The notes: generated by a model not told the origin, from the sequence alone. A stretch of 64,000 nucleotides of DNA from an uncultured Planctomycetaceae bacterium (GCA_963833985.1 CAWIAD010000001.1:864001-928000); one strand, 5' to 3'. Counted from the stretch's first letter, positions 1 to 11,173 are shown. Made by a program: numbers and translations.

Positions 1-646
1 CCAGCGAGTTCTTCTTCTGCGACGTCACCGCGGCGCGGACGGCCAGCTCGAGCGCCTGGCCAATGGTCCTTGGCCCCTTGCCATCGGGCCAGAGCGTCCG
101 CTCGTCCACGGCTCCATAGGCTTCGGCCAGGGCAAGCATCGCGAAGCCGTGGTGGTACATGCTGTCGCCCATGATGCCCGTGCTGGAATCTTGCGACTTG
201 ATGAGCCAGCGCACGCTCCGGCGCACGTGATTGCTGTACTGGCCGAAATTGGGATCCTCGCCCGAAGCCAGGAAGGCGAGCAGGCTCAGCCCCACGGGGC
301 CCGGTCCTTCCTCGTAGCCCCCGCCGCTCCACTCCCCCTTGTCCGTCTGCTTCGACGCCAGGTACTGGAGGCCGTGGTCGTACATCTCGCGCACGTCGCG
401 CGGCACGACCTCGCCAAACTTCGGCCCGGGGAGCAGGTCTTGCGCACGGCATGCGGGACCGGTCATCCCGGCGACCAACGAGGCGAAGAGAATCGCCAGC
501 GCGGTGGCCAGCAACCGTCGGCAGCCTGGCACGTTCGCTGGCGAAGCAGGGACGATCGCCGCGGGGATCTCAGCCCGCCTGGTTGTTTCGCGGGCCAGAT
601 CGGCCGGTTCCCCCCTGGTTGTTGTGCAGGCAATGGCAAGGATCAT
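1..646 (-). CDS. Prenyltransferase/squalene oxidase repeat protein (runs off window edge)
   Basis: Not in the ORF track; translated by hand. ATG at 646 overlaps the upstream TGA (ATGA). Reads ...EMYDHGLQYLASKQTDKGEW...LAFLASGEDPNFGQY...MYHHGFAMLALAEAYG..., typical of planctomycete QW-repeat proteins. Confidence 0.8.
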   Translation of the reverse strand, partial: MILAIACTTTRGEPADLARETTRRAEIPAAIVPASPANVPGCRRLLATALAILFASLVAGMTGPACRAQDLLPGPKFGEVVPRDVREMYDHGLQYLASKQTDKGEWSGGGYEEGPGPVGLSLLAFLASGEDPNFGQYSNHVRRSVRWLIKSQDSSTGIMGDSMYHHGFAMLALAEAYGAVDERTLWPDGKGPRTIGQALELAVRAAVTSQKKNSL

Positions 647-1662
647 GGTTTCTGGACTTCCGCACTGAGGTGCGATCGCGAGACCCGCGGCAGGGACCCT
701 CGTCGCTTACCGCTTCGGTTCGGGTTTGGCAAAGACTTGCTCGGGAAGGTCCGGCACGGCGGGTCTGCGCCGGGAGCCCGGAGGCCGCGCAGTACCCCGG
801 CTGCGCCACGGTCCGCCTGGGCGTGCTGCGGCAGAAGTCCCTGGTTCTGAAGGAATCGCTCCATGCCCCGCGCCTGGTCGAGCTGCCGTTTCAGAAGGAG
901 CCACTGCCGCTCATCGAACAGCGGCTGCAAGCGCGCTGGCGAGACTTGACCGGCCATATACATCACGAGGTAATAATCATACTGGCCGAACCGCGTGGGA
1001 GTCTCGGTCTCGTTCAGGATCAGTTCCACCAGCCGGCGGCGCTGGTCGTCGCGCAAGCCCACCGACTGGTCAAGCTGGGCCACCACCAGCTCCACCTTGG
1101 CCTTGTAGCGGAACCGGTTCCTCTCGCACAGCACCTGCTTGCACCGGGCCAGCTCTGTCTCGGGGAGCACGCGGTGGACCGTCTTCCAGTACAGCGATCC
1201 TTCGTTGAACAGGCCCGAGCGGAGCGCCGCCTGAAGCGGCAGGATCTGCTGGTAGCTCTCGTTGAACTTGTTTTGATCATTCTTGATGTGAACGAGCAGC
1301 TTGCGTTTCTCTTCCACCTGGTCGAGAAACCGCTTGATGTCTCCCCGGCCGGCCAGCAGGAGCTTCTGCTTCTGGGAAGGCGAGAGAGCGCACATCGTGG
1401 CGACGTCCTCGACCTGGAGGACCAGCAGCGATTCGAGCCGGCTGCGCCCCGCCCGTGCCGTGCGCGATGACCCGAAGATCCACTGATCGAACTGATCGTC
1501 GCTCACCACGAGGACCTGCTGGCCCGGCAGCATGACTTCCTGCACGGGCTCTTCTTCCTCCTCGGTGACCACCTGGCCGGAGCAGGGCCGAGTCGAGCAA
1601 GCAACCGCCAGGCCAGCCAGACAGAGAAGCCAGCCAAAATGCAGATCGTGCCGGCAGGTCAC
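643..1662 (-). CDS. Secreted hypothetical protein with LTxxQ-like helical repeats
   Basis: C-terminal part of ORF 643..2256. GTG at 1662 overlaps the stop of the preceding gene (GTGA). Signal-like N-terminus; motifs CALSPSQKQKL, LRDDQRRRL, LFDERQW. Confidence 0.75.
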   Translation of the reverse strand: MTCRHDLHFGWLLCLAGLAVACSTRPCSGQVVTEEEEEPVQEVMLPGQQVLVVSDDQFDQWIFGSSRTARAGRSRLESLLVLQVEDVATMCALSPSQKQKLLLAGRGDIKRFLDQVEEKRKLLVHIKNDQNKFNESYQQILPLQAALRSGLFNEGSLYWKTVHRVLPETELARCKQVLCERNRFRYKAKVELVVAQLDQSVGLRDDQRRRLVELILNETETPTRFGQYDYYLVMYMAGQVSPARLQPLFDERQWLLLKRQLDQARGMERFLQNQGLLPQHAQADRGAAGVLRGLRAPGADPPCRTFPSKSLPNPNRSGKRRGSLPRVSRSHLSAEVQKP

Positions 1663-2606
1663 GGCCTTTTCCCCCCGGCGTCCCCGGCCTTCCCCGCGTC
1701 CGCCAGCTCCGGGTCGTCGAGCGGGTCGTTCTCCTGGTTGCCCGCGCCAAAGCTGAAACCCCAGAAGACATTGGTATTCCTGGGCACTCTTCGCCAGGCA
1801 TCCCGCTGCGGCTCGGTCAGTATCGGCATCACGAGCTGGTCGGGGATGCTGGGGAAGAAGTTCTCCAGGTTCATGAGCATCTCCAGCGACTGGCCCCAGG
1901 AATCTTTCCAGTTGGCCGTGAGCGAACGGACAAGCCGAATGCGCTGGTCGGCCGTGAGCATCAGGTCCTCGTCGAGCTTGGCGATCAGGTTGTCGATCAC
2001 GAGCTGCTTGCGGCTGGCGATGCGCTTCTCCAGTTCGGTCTTGTACCGGCCGACCTGTTCCGCGGAGAGCAGGGGGGTGATCGCCCTGGCCAGCTCCTGC
2101 TCCATGAGCTGACGCGGATCGGGATACTGGGAACCGGGCCGCCAGCCTCCGCGCATCATCTTCTGCTGCTCCACGACGAAGCTCTTCGCCGCGCCCCGGC
2201 TCACGCTTTCTCTGAGACGGGCCAGTTGCTTGCGCTGGTCCGTACTGAGGTCGCACGCGTTGCGAATGAAGTAGTACTCGCTGCGGAAGAGCGGACGGAA
2301 GTGCTGGACGTACTGCGCGGCCTGCGCATCGATGGCTGCCACGTTGCCGGCCTGCGCAGCGTGAGCCTGGGCCGGCAGCAAGGGTATGGCCCTGATCGCC
2401 TTCGTGACCTCGGCCGCCCTGAGCTTGACCGCAGCCTGCTTCTTCGCCGCGTCCGGACGGGCCGGCTGGACCGCTTTCTTCTGAACCGGCGGTTGGACCG
2501 GCGTGGCGGGAGTCAGAACATCCTGGGCGTGGCCGAGCACGAGCGTCGCAGCCGGAAACGCCGACGCGACGCTCACGAGCAGAAGCATGTCATGCAGCCG
2601 TCTCAT
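1659..2606 (-). CDS. Secreted hypothetical protein with LTxxQ-like helical repeats
   Basis: 315-aa ORF with signal peptide; motifs CDLSTDQRKQL, LTADQRIRL, ILTEPQRDAW; lies within the operon. Confidence 0.75.
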   Translation of the reverse strand: MRRLHDMLLLVSVASAFPAATLVLGHAQDVLTPATPVQPPVQKKAVQPARPDAAKKQAAVKLRAAEVTKAIRAIPLLPAQAHAAQAGNVAAIDAQAAQYVQHFRPLFRSEYYFIRNACDLSTDQRKQLARLRESVSRGAAKSFVVEQQKMMRGGWRPGSQYPDPRQLMEQELARAITPLLSAEQVGRYKTELEKRIASRKQLVIDNLIAKLDEDLMLTADQRIRLVRSLTANWKDSWGQSLEMLMNLENFFPSIPDQLVMPILTEPQRDAWRRVPRNTNVFWGFSFGAGNQENDPLDDPELADAGKAGDAGGKRP

Positions 2607-2627
2607 TCGCGACAGTCTCCCGCATGC

Positions 2628-5600
2628 TCATTGCCCGCCGGCGCCGCGCTCCAGCCGGTTGAAATACTCATCGAGCCCGGCTCGGAACTCCTCGGGCAGG
2701 GCCGGCCCCGACTGGCCTGTCGCCTGGGAGACGCCGTGATCCTCGCGGACTTCCTTCTGGTTCACGCCCGATCCCAGCAGCGCGAGGGCCGAATCAATGG
2801 TCTTGCCCGAGCCGCCCCCGCCCGGACTGGCGCCGCCACCACCGCCGCCCTTGGGATTGATGCGCTTCGATTTGAGGAGCAGCTCGATGGCCTCGGTCTC
2901 GGCCGCGATGGCTTGCGGGCCGGTATCCGGCTGGGCCAGGATGCCAGTCGCCTCGTTCATGACCCCGGCCACCTGGCCCAGCAGGCCGATCTCGTAGCCG
3001 AAGGCGGTCTCGGCATCGGGAAGCTGGCGAATGCGCTCGACCACCTTGTCCACCCGCACCTTGAGCTCGTCCTGGCTGTGCGAGAGCTGCACCGCCTGGC
3101 GCCCGTAATCCTCCGTGGAGATTGCGGTACGGGCCTGCTCGCCGACGCGCGTCTCCTCGCGCAGGCTGACTTCACCTTCGAGAATTTGCAGAACTTCCAG
3201 CACGATCGAGGGCGGCAAACTGCCGCGCGATTTGGCGCCCGGTCATGTGCCGCCCGAGACGGGGTCGACCAGGTCGTCGGCCCAGCGGTCGAGCGTGTCG
3301 GACCAGTACTCGCACTGGGCGATCGCCAGGCCCTCTTCCTTCTTGACCTCGTCGCTCAGGGACCGCAGGCTGCCGACCACGTCGAGCTTGCGCATTTCGT
3401 CGAGCACGGTCTTGAACTGGAGAAACCGCCGGCGCTCGAAGTAGGCGTGCATGTCATCCATGATCACCGATACCGTCTGGCTTCCCTTGGCTTCTTGCTG
3501 AGCCATCTCGGCGATCACCTTCGCGGCTGCGCCCGAGCCGCGGGCGCGGCCAGTCCGAAGGCGTCGCGCAGCTCGTCGATGAGCTTGCCGGCGACGGTGT
3601 ACTGTGTCCGCGAGGCCGCCTTCAGCCGCTTGACCAGCGTGCTTCCTTCCAGGTTGGCGAGCACCCGGTTCAGCTCGTCGGCGATCTTCTCGAACTCGGC
3701 GAGCAGGTCTTGCTGCTTGGCGACCGCCTCATCCAGCTTCTGACTCGTGGGGCAGGCCGCACTGTCCTTGCTCTTGCCGGGCAGCGTGGTCACCGGCAGC
3801 GTCAGCCGCGGCTGGCCGGCCGGCTTGGGCGGGGGCGGCGGGCCGGCGTTCTTGTCCAGCGGCTGCTGCGACGATTCGCGGTCGACCACCTGGGGTACTC
3901 CGGAGGCGGCCTTGGGCGCGTCCTTCGGATCCGGCGGTGCCGGGCCCCTGCGCGTGTCGCGCACCATGCCCGCCAAGGGCGTCGGCTTCCCCTGGGACGG
4001 CGGCGCGCTGGCCTGGGGAGACTGCGACGCCTGCCGCAGCAGGTCCGCCACGGTGGGTATGCGGTTGGCCGAGATGTCCTTGAGGATCTGTAGCATCTCG
4101 GCCCACTTCTCCAGGTGGCCCACGCCGAACTCGGGGTTGCGCATCGCCTGCTGCACCAGGTCTTCACCGCTGGCCACCAGGGTCGTCAGCCGGCGGCCAT
4201 TGCTCCGCTCGGCGTCGGCCTGGGTGTCGATCCGCCGCCTCACCTCGGGCCGATCCAGCTCGTCGGACGTCAGGCGCGGAGCTGCTTGTTGGTCTCGAAG
4301 AGCTGAAGCTCGCGGTCGCGCACCTCGAGCGACTGGCGATGCCAGCGGTTGAGCTGCTCCGTGATCCAGAGCGCGTGCTGCTCGGGGCTCATGACCACCA
4401 GCAGGTAGGCCGGCGAGTAGACCCGCCCGCGGCCCGGAAAGTAGTCCTCGGCGAAGACCCGCACATGCACCGGCTGTGGTTCGATGCCCAGCGACTTCGC
4501 CGAGAAGGCGCCGGCGAGCTCGAGGGCTTCCTTGTCCTGGCCACCAGCCGCCAGGATCCGCTCGCCTTTCGCCGGAGCCTTGACCAGCGATCCGGGGACC
4601 CCGCGCCATTCGATGCCGACCCGCTGGACGCCAAAATCGTCCTGGGCGCGGACCTTGAACTGGAGCGTCTCGGAATCGAGCACCACCTTCTGGCGGGGCA
4701 GGTTCTCGCAGGAGATCGACGGCGGCTCATCGTCCTTGCCGGTGATCGACAGCACGAACGGCGCCCGGCCCGCCAGGCCGAACTCGTCCTGCCAGCGGAA
4801 TTCCATGGTGCGGGTGCCGTCTACCAGGGCCGGCTCGCTGGCGAGGCTGGCGCCTTCAGGCTGCTGGGGCCGGCCATCGACGTCCGCGGCCTTCAACTCG
4901 CGGCTGGCAACGGCCGTGAACCGAGCCGTGGCCCCCTTGACGATCGCCACCGTTCCCCCGCGCACGTCCCTGTGCTGGGTGCCGCTCCGGCCCAGGTAGC
5001 CGGGAAGCATCACGTCCGCAACCACGGAGGTCAGTTCGGGCCGCAAGGTCGGCAGCACGCGCACGTGCTGGGACCAGTCGCCGATGCGGACGTCCATCCA
5101 GCCCGGGTCGATCTGAGCAGGCAGCTCGAACTGGTAGCCGCCGTCCGCGAGCGCGGCCGCGACGGGGCGCTGTTCGCCCAGGTTCGCCGTCCCCGCGCCG
5201 GGCCGCCAGGCCGTCTTCTCGGCCAGACGGGCCGCCACCGTGAAGGGCTCGCCATGCGCCACGAACATCCGCCCGGGCAACGGCTGCACGGCCGCGAAGG
5301 TGTAGCGGGGAATGGGTCTCCAGGGCGCCAGCAATCGCTTCCAGGCATTGCTCGCCGCGTCGGGGCAGAGAGCCGCCAGTCCGATCGCGCAGCACGCGCC
5401 GGCAGCCATCAGAGAGATCCAGAGCCGATGCCTGGGGTTGGGCACGGCGGCCCGGAAATCGCGGTGACGGGCGTCCTCGGCCACCTGGGCCACGGCCGCC
5501 TGGCAGAGCGCCCGCGACCGGGCCTGCTCGGCATCGCTCTCGACCAGCTCGATCACGCCCAGGAGCTGATCGCCGATGCGCGGTTCGTTGCGGCCCAGCA

Positions 5601-5892
5601 GCCGCGCTAATTGCTCCATGCGGCGGTGCCGCCAGACCCAGCGGTACAGCGCCAGCGGAACCAGGCCCATGCCCGCCCAGACGGCCAGAAAGAGGATCAG
5701 GCGGACCCAGCCCGGCGTGTCCCACGCACGGTCGACGGCAAAGAGTGCCAGGAACGCGACGAAGAGCCCGAACCCGGCCGCGGCCAGGGCCTCGGTCATC
5801 TTGATCGACCAGACCCGGCGGCGGTAGTCGCGCAACTGGCCCTGGAGGGAGTCGGGCAACTGGAGACGCTCGAGCGGAAGCTCTGTGCTCAT
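2628..5892 (-). CDS. Large membrane-anchored coiled-coil protein (DUF4175-like), ~1090 aa; candidate selenoprotein
   Basis: Continuous coding across ORFs 4270..5892, part of 3515..4609, 3243..3518 and 2628..3218. Two 1-nt frameshifts (~4272, ~3540) and one in-frame TGA at 3243-3245. N-terminal TM helices; C-terminus LPEEFRAGLDEYFNRL. Confidence 0.75.
3205..3231 (-). promoter_or_regulatory. Putative bacterial SECIS element downstream of in-frame UGA
   Basis: mRNA after UGA: CCGGGCGCCAA-AUCG-C-GCGGC-AGUUU-GCCGC-CCU-CGAU. 5-bp upper stem, GU-containing loop starting 22 nt after UGA, 4-bp lower stem. Confidence 0.6.
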
Positions 5893-5940
5893 GGCATCCT
5901 CACGATCGACGGGTCGCGAATCGTTCCCACGGCAGTCCTA

Positions 5941-8152
5941 TCATACGAGACCGATCACCTTGCGTCCCACCCAGAAAACTCCCAGCAGCACCACAATCGC
6001 GGCGCCCGCCACCGGGTGGCACCAGAGCTGGACCCTGCGCACCGAAGGGGGCGGATCGGGCAGCTCGGCGAGTGACCGGATCACCTCGTCCAGTTTGTCG
6101 GCCTCGATGACCTGGCCGCGCGTCACGCGGGCGATCTCATCAAGCACGTCCAGCCGCGCCGGGCGGCCCATCCGCTCGGCCGCGGAGCCTTGCACGAAGA
6201 AGCTGGTTTCCAGGGTCGCTCCGGTCTGCTTGCAGGCCAGGGCCAGCTCGTGCTTGCCCGGCTCCGACGGAGTGAACTGGCCGCTGAAGACGCCCCACTC
6301 CTCACCCGCGGAGACGAACTGCACCCGCTGGCTCTTGCCCGAAGGCGCCATGACAAGCGCCGACACCTCGCCCGACTTGAGCGGCTCGCCGGAACGCTCC
6401 ATGATGTTGGCGTGCAGCGAGACCGTCTGGTTGATCCTCGGCTGATCGGGCACGTAATACAGACGCATCGTCTCGCCCCGGGCCATGTTCCGCTGGTAGG
6501 CCATCCACCGCACCACCTGGCCCCAGAAGCGGTAGTGGTACTTGTCCTCCACTCCCTTGCGCCATCGCCAGGCGCCGTCGGTGCCCATGAACAGGACCTT
6601 GCCCGCGCCGAAGGTGCGGGTGGCCAGGAGCGGCAACCGGCCGTACTCATTGACCGCGTCCTTGTGCACGGCCAGCACCTCGCTGCCCGCCCTGGCGCGC
6701 AGCACCGGGGCATACCACTGGAAGCCGGGCAATCCTTCCCACACCTCCGCATTGTCGTCCTGGGTATCGGCCAGTTTGGTCAGCAGGCTGGTGCGGCCGC
6801 TCTCGGTGAGCTCGAAGTGGTTCGGTGTGCGCGAGCCCCAACCGTTCGGCTGGGCGGCGTCGAGCAGCACCGGGCAGAGGTCGCCCAGCTCGGTCTCCAG
6901 CAGCGATAACTCTCTTCCCTCCATGCCCGGCATGAACACCAGCCCGCTGGCCTGGTACTCCACCAGCCCCTTGATGAGCCGGCATTGCTCCGCGGTCAAC
7001 TGCTCGTCGGCCGTGCCCACGTCGCCCAGGAAGACCACGTCATACTTCGACAGCTCATCGAGGCCGGATGGGAACTGCTTGATGTAGTCCTTGTTGCCTC
7101 CGCCCACCTTCGAAAGCCCCGGGTGGAAGAGCAGGCAGGAGACCTCCACGCCCGGGTCGCGTGAGAGCGCGTTGCGCAGATAGCGGTATTCCCAGCGCGG
7201 GTACGACTCGATCACCAGCACCCGCAGCCGCTCCTCGCGGATCGAGATCGGCGCCGTCATGCGGTTGTTGTCGGCCAGCGTCTCATCGGGATGCCTGGGA
7301 ACTTCCAGGGTGAGCGTGAAGCTGCCGGTGGACCGGGGCTTCCAGACCATCCAGTCGCTGGTGCGGCTCATGGGCGCGATCTTCACCTCGCGCGTCACCT
7401 CGTCGCCGTCGGAGCTGCGCAGGGTGACGCTGGTCAGGTATTCGCGCGGCAGGGCACTGTCGATGGTAAAGGGGATCCGCACCGACTTGCCGGCCACGCC
7501 GAAGGTAGGGGCGTCGAGCGTGAGCAGCTCGACATCCGGCAGGCGGCTGGCACTTCCCGCGGGAACCACGAACACGGGCACACCGGCAACCCGCAGGCGC
7601 GCCGCGGCCTGCACCGGCGGGGGGCCTTCGTTCCAGTCGCCATCAGAGGTAAGCACCACGCCGCGCAGGTTGGGAATCCGCTCCAGTGCCCGCGCGTAGA
7701 GGCTCATTCAGGTCGGTCCCGTGTCCGGGCCTCTGCGGTGAGAATGCCTGGATGATCACGTTCCTGCGCTCCCGCAGCTTCGTCCACGTGCCCGGATCGC
7801 CCAGGGGCGCGACGGCCTCGCGCCGGGTGAGCAGCGAGGGCGCCGGGCTGGAGCCGCCCTTGCCCCGGACCACCACGTCGCGCGTGTCCATGCTGGGCGA
7901 CGCGTCGTGCAGCACGGCCACCGCGGGCTGCTCCTCGGGACGGTATTCCTCGACCCACTCCGGCTGGTTCAGGACCAGGGCGGCAATGATCACCAGGCAG
8001 AGCCGCACCAGCTCCAGGAGCCCCATCCCGCGGTGGTAACCGCTCCGCCGCCAGGCCACCACGCCGAGCACCGCGGTGATGGTCACCAGCACCACCGAGA
8101 GGGCCAGCGACCAGGGCGTCCAGAGGAAGGCCAGCGACCGGGAGACGCTCAT
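5941..8152 (-). CDS. vWA / glutamine-amidotransferase-like domain membrane protein (frameshift ~7695)
   Basis: ORFs 7643..8152 (TM helices, VLHDASPSM MIDAS-like motif) and 5941..7707 (VVLTSDGDWN, PRWEYRYLRNAL, DGAWRWR) join into one typical planctomycete vWA protein. Confidence 0.8.
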
Positions 8153-10128
8153 GCCGCCCCTCCCGCCGGACGCCGGCGCGGCAGGCAGAGGCCGGCCTCG
8201 ACCACCATCGCCACCATCATCGCCACCAGGAAGACGCGCCAGATTTCCTGGATCAGCCCGCTCACGCTGCCGGCACGGTCGTCGATCCGGGTCCAGTCGA
8301 GGCCGCGCACCAGGCCGGCCAGGCGGGAGTCGCTCACCACGCCGGCCAGGTCCTCGGCCCGCACCCGGCGCACGGCCAGGAGCCGCTCTCCCGAGCGGTA
8401 GACGCCGCAGTGGAAAGGATAATCCGTGGAGAGCCCCTCGTCGTTGCCCGTCACCCGCTTCCAGCCGGACGGGTCTTCACCCGCGAGGTTGCCGGCCGTG
8501 AGCTCTCGGGTATTCCCCAGCACCTTGGCTCCCTCCGCCAGGGCACGCTGTACGAGCACGTAGAGCACGACCCCGCCGCTGGCCAGCGAGGAATCGCCCA
8601 CCGCGGGCGTGGTTGCGCAGAAGTAAGCGCCGCCGGCCGTCGCGGGCACCCGGCCCAGCAGGGTCTCGCCCCCGCGCAGGCTGGCCAGAACCACCAGGTC
8701 GCCGGCGAGGCCGCAGTATCTCCGCACCTGGAGCTGGCCCACCGGCAAGGGTCCTCCGCTCTGCGTCTGCGCCAGCAGGTCCTGGTCGCCCCGCCAGCCC
8801 TGGACGGTGGCTCCCTGCGGCGGTGCCACCCAGGTTGTCCAGTGAACGCCCTGAAACTCTTCCGGCCCGGGGCTGCGCGGTGGCAAGAAGACGACCTGCC
8901 CGCCCCGGGCCAGGAAGGCCGTGATCCGCTTCGCCGCCTCGCCGGTGGGCATGGGCGCTTGCCAGAGCAGGAGCGAGACCTGCTCCCACTCCACGGTTCC
9001 CAGGGCGTCGGCCGCAACGACCTCCGCGGAGCACTTCACCGCCGGATCCGGCGGAATCGCCGCGGCGAGCTGGAGCGGCCGGGCGGCCTGCGGGTCCTCG
9101 GCCACCACGACCGCCTTCCGCAGTGGCGGCTCGTCGAAGACGAACCAGTCGTCGTTGTCGGCCGGGTTGGCGTCGGCCGGGATCGAGACCTTACCCCAGC
9201 CGCGCACCTGGCTGCGCTCCAGCGGGATACGATGGTCCTTGAGCTCGAAGGTGGGCCCGGCCATCTCCACGGAGAGCTCGGAGCGGGCCCCGTCGATCTC
9301 GAAGTGCACGGGGACCGACGCGCGCGTCTCGGCCCCTCCCTCACGGCTGATCCATAGCGACACGAAAAGCTCGGCGCCCGCCGCCGTGGGCTGGCGCCGC
9401 ACCCCGGTGACGCGCACGGCCATGTTGTCCGGGGCCGTCTCGGGATAGGCCAGCAGGTGGAACCGAACCGCCTGCGGGAGCTCCAGGAAGCCGTCGCGCA
9501 GGCTCTGCCAGCGGCCGCTCTCGGCGTTCCAGTCGTTCTCGCGCAGGTCGGAGCAGATCCAGACCTCGGTGCGGCCCGGCTTGTTGGCGCGTACGTAATC
9601 GCGTGCGGCCAGCAGCATGGCCGGCAGATCGGACGCGGCGCCGACCGGCTCGGCGCTGGGCGAGGTCAAGAGCGCCGCGGGAGAGTCCAGCGCGCGCGGC
9701 AGATTGGCCGCGCTCTCGATCAGCACCCAGTGCGCCGAGCCGAGGGTCTCGAGCGCCCGCACGAGCTGCCTGCGCCCGGTGTCGAGCTTCGACCCGACAC
9801 CCCCCGCACCCGCCTGCTGCATGCTGGGCGAGCGGTCGAGCACGATGATCGTGGTGTCCGGCCGTGTGCCCGCCGCCAGGCCCAGCCAGCCGCCCGCCAG
9901 GGGCCTGCTGATCGCGAAGACGAGCCCCGCAATCACGGCCATCCGGAACGCCATGATCAGCCACTGCCGGAGCCGAGCGTAACCACGCGACATGCGGTTG
10001 GCTGCCAGCAGGAACATCATCGCCGCCCAGCGGATCGTCTGGAAGCGCCGCTGGTTGATGAGGTGGATGATGATCGGCAGTGCGATCAGGGGCAGCGCAA
10101 GCAGGAGCATGGGCTGGAGAAAGCTCAT
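8149..10128 (-). CDS. BatA (aerotolerance regulator N-terminal) + vWA domain protein
   Basis: N-terminus MSFLQPMLLLALPLIALPIIIHLINQRR...WAAMMFL; VLDRSPSM; C-terminal TM helix. Confidence 0.88.
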   Translation of the reverse strand: MSFLQPMLLLALPLIALPIIIHLINQRRFQTIRWAAMMFLLAANRMSRGYARLRQWLIMAFRMAVIAGLVFAISRPLAGGWLGLAAGTRPDTTIIVLDRSPSMQQAGAGGVGSKLDTGRRQLVRALETLGSAHWVLIESAANLPRALDSPAALLTSPSAEPVGAASDLPAMLLAARDYVRANKPGRTEVWICSDLRENDWNAESGRWQSLRDGFLELPQAVRFHLLAYPETAPDNMAVRVTGVRRQPTAAGAELFVSLWISREGGAETRASVPVHFEIDGARSELSVEMAGPTFELKDHRIPLERSQVRGWGKVSIPADANPADNDDWFVFDEPPLRKAVVVAEDPQAARPLQLAAAIPPDPAVKCSAEVVAADALGTVEWEQVSLLLWQAPMPTGEAAKRITAFLARGGQVVFLPPRSPGPEEFQGVHWTTWVAPPQGATVQGWRGDQDLLAQTQSGGPLPVGQLQVRRYCGLAGDLVVLASLRGGETLLGRVPATAGGAYFCATTPAVGDSSLASGGVVLYVLVQRALAEGAKVLGNTRELTAGNLAGEDPSGWKRVTGNDEGLSTDYPFHCGVYRSGERLLAVRRVRAEDLAGVVSDSRLAGLVRGLDWTRIDDRAGSVSGLIQEIWRVFLVAMMVAMVVEAGLCLPRRRPAGGAA

Positions 10129-11036
10129 CGCGCCCCCTTCGCCCGGGCCCGGCCCACGAGAAATCGCATGAGCACCTGCTCGTAATCGTCATCAATCCGC
10201 ACACGGTGGTAATCGACGGCCGATTCCAGCACCACCTGGCGAAGCCCGTCAAGGTAGCCATCGAGCGCCTTGTGGTAGCGCTCGGCGATCTCATTCGGCT
10301 CGGCGAAGAGGGCCGGTCCCCCCTCCATGTCAAGGAAGCGCATGGGCCGGCGAAAGTCGAAGCTCAGCTCGCGCGGGTCGAGCAGGTGGAACACGGCCAC
10401 GTCGTGCTTGCGGAAACTCAGGTGCTGGAAGCAGCCGCGCAGCAGCTCAGGCTCCACGAACAGATCGGAAAGGATGATGCAGAGCGCCCGCTGCCGCACC
10501 GTCTCGGCCAGCTCGTGCAACACCGGCACAAGCTGGGTCTCACCCCTGGCCTGCGTCTGCTCCAGCACGTCGTACACGGCCGTCAGGTGCGCTGGGTTGC
10601 GCCGGGGCGGGATGTTGCGAACCACGCCTTTGGCCACGCACGCCAGGCCGACCGCGTCTCCCTGGTTGAGCGCCAGGTGCGCGATGGCACCGGCCAGCCT
10701 GCGGGCGTACTCCAGCTTGGAGACTCCCTGCGAGCCAAAATCCATCGACCCGCTGGTATCCAGCATCAAGCAGCAGCGCAGGTTGGTGTCGGCCTCGAAT
10801 TCCTTCACGAAGAACCGGTCCGAGCGGCCGTAGGCGCGCCAGTCCAGCCGCCTCAGATCGTCGCCCGGCACGTACTTGCGGTACTCGGCAAACTCCACGC
10901 TCGATCCCCTGTGCGGGCTCGGATGCCGCCCCGATACCGTTCCCAGCATCGGTCTACGCGCCGCCAGGGGCACGCTCGAGAGACGCGAGAGCACGCCCGG
11001 ATCCAGAAAACTGCGCTGCCGGCGATCGGGGAACAT
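10125..11036 (-). CDS. DUF58 domain protein
   Basis: GSSVEFAEYRKYVPGDDLRRLDW, VKEFEADTN, LDTSGSM; likely start ATG at 11036. Confidence 0.92.
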   Translation of the reverse strand: MFPDRRQRSFLDPGVLSRLSSVPLAARRPMLGTVSGRHPSPHRGSSVEFAEYRKYVPGDDLRRLDWRAYGRSDRFFVKEFEADTNLRCCLMLDTSGSMDFGSQGVSKLEYARRLAGAIAHLALNQGDAVGLACVAKGVVRNIPPRRNPAHLTAVYDVLEQTQARGETQLVPVLHELAETVRQRALCIILSDLFVEPELLRGCFQHLSFRKHDVAVFHLLDPRELSFDFRRPMRFLDMEGGPALFAEPNEIAERYHKALDGYLDGLRQVVLESAVDYHRVRIDDDYEQVLMRFLVGRARAKGAR

Positions 11037-11173
11037 CGGAAAACCCTGTCTCGCGTATCGATGGACATGAAGCCGATCAGATTCTGGTTCCACACCGCGG
11101 ACGCCACGTGCCGGGTCACGCAGACCCGATCACCGCGGGCTCCCGGTATCGCCCGCCGCGCGCCCCGCCCCGG

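Noticed and set aside
3515..3517. TGA ending ORF 3515..4609
   Set aside because: It lies after a frameshift near 3540; the continuing frame is AAKVIAEMAQ.
4270..4272. TGA ending ORF 4270..5892 as another possible Sec codon
   Set aside because: Protein-like sequence resumes in a different frame (LRA-LTSDELD), so this is a 1-nt deletion, not in-frame readthrough.
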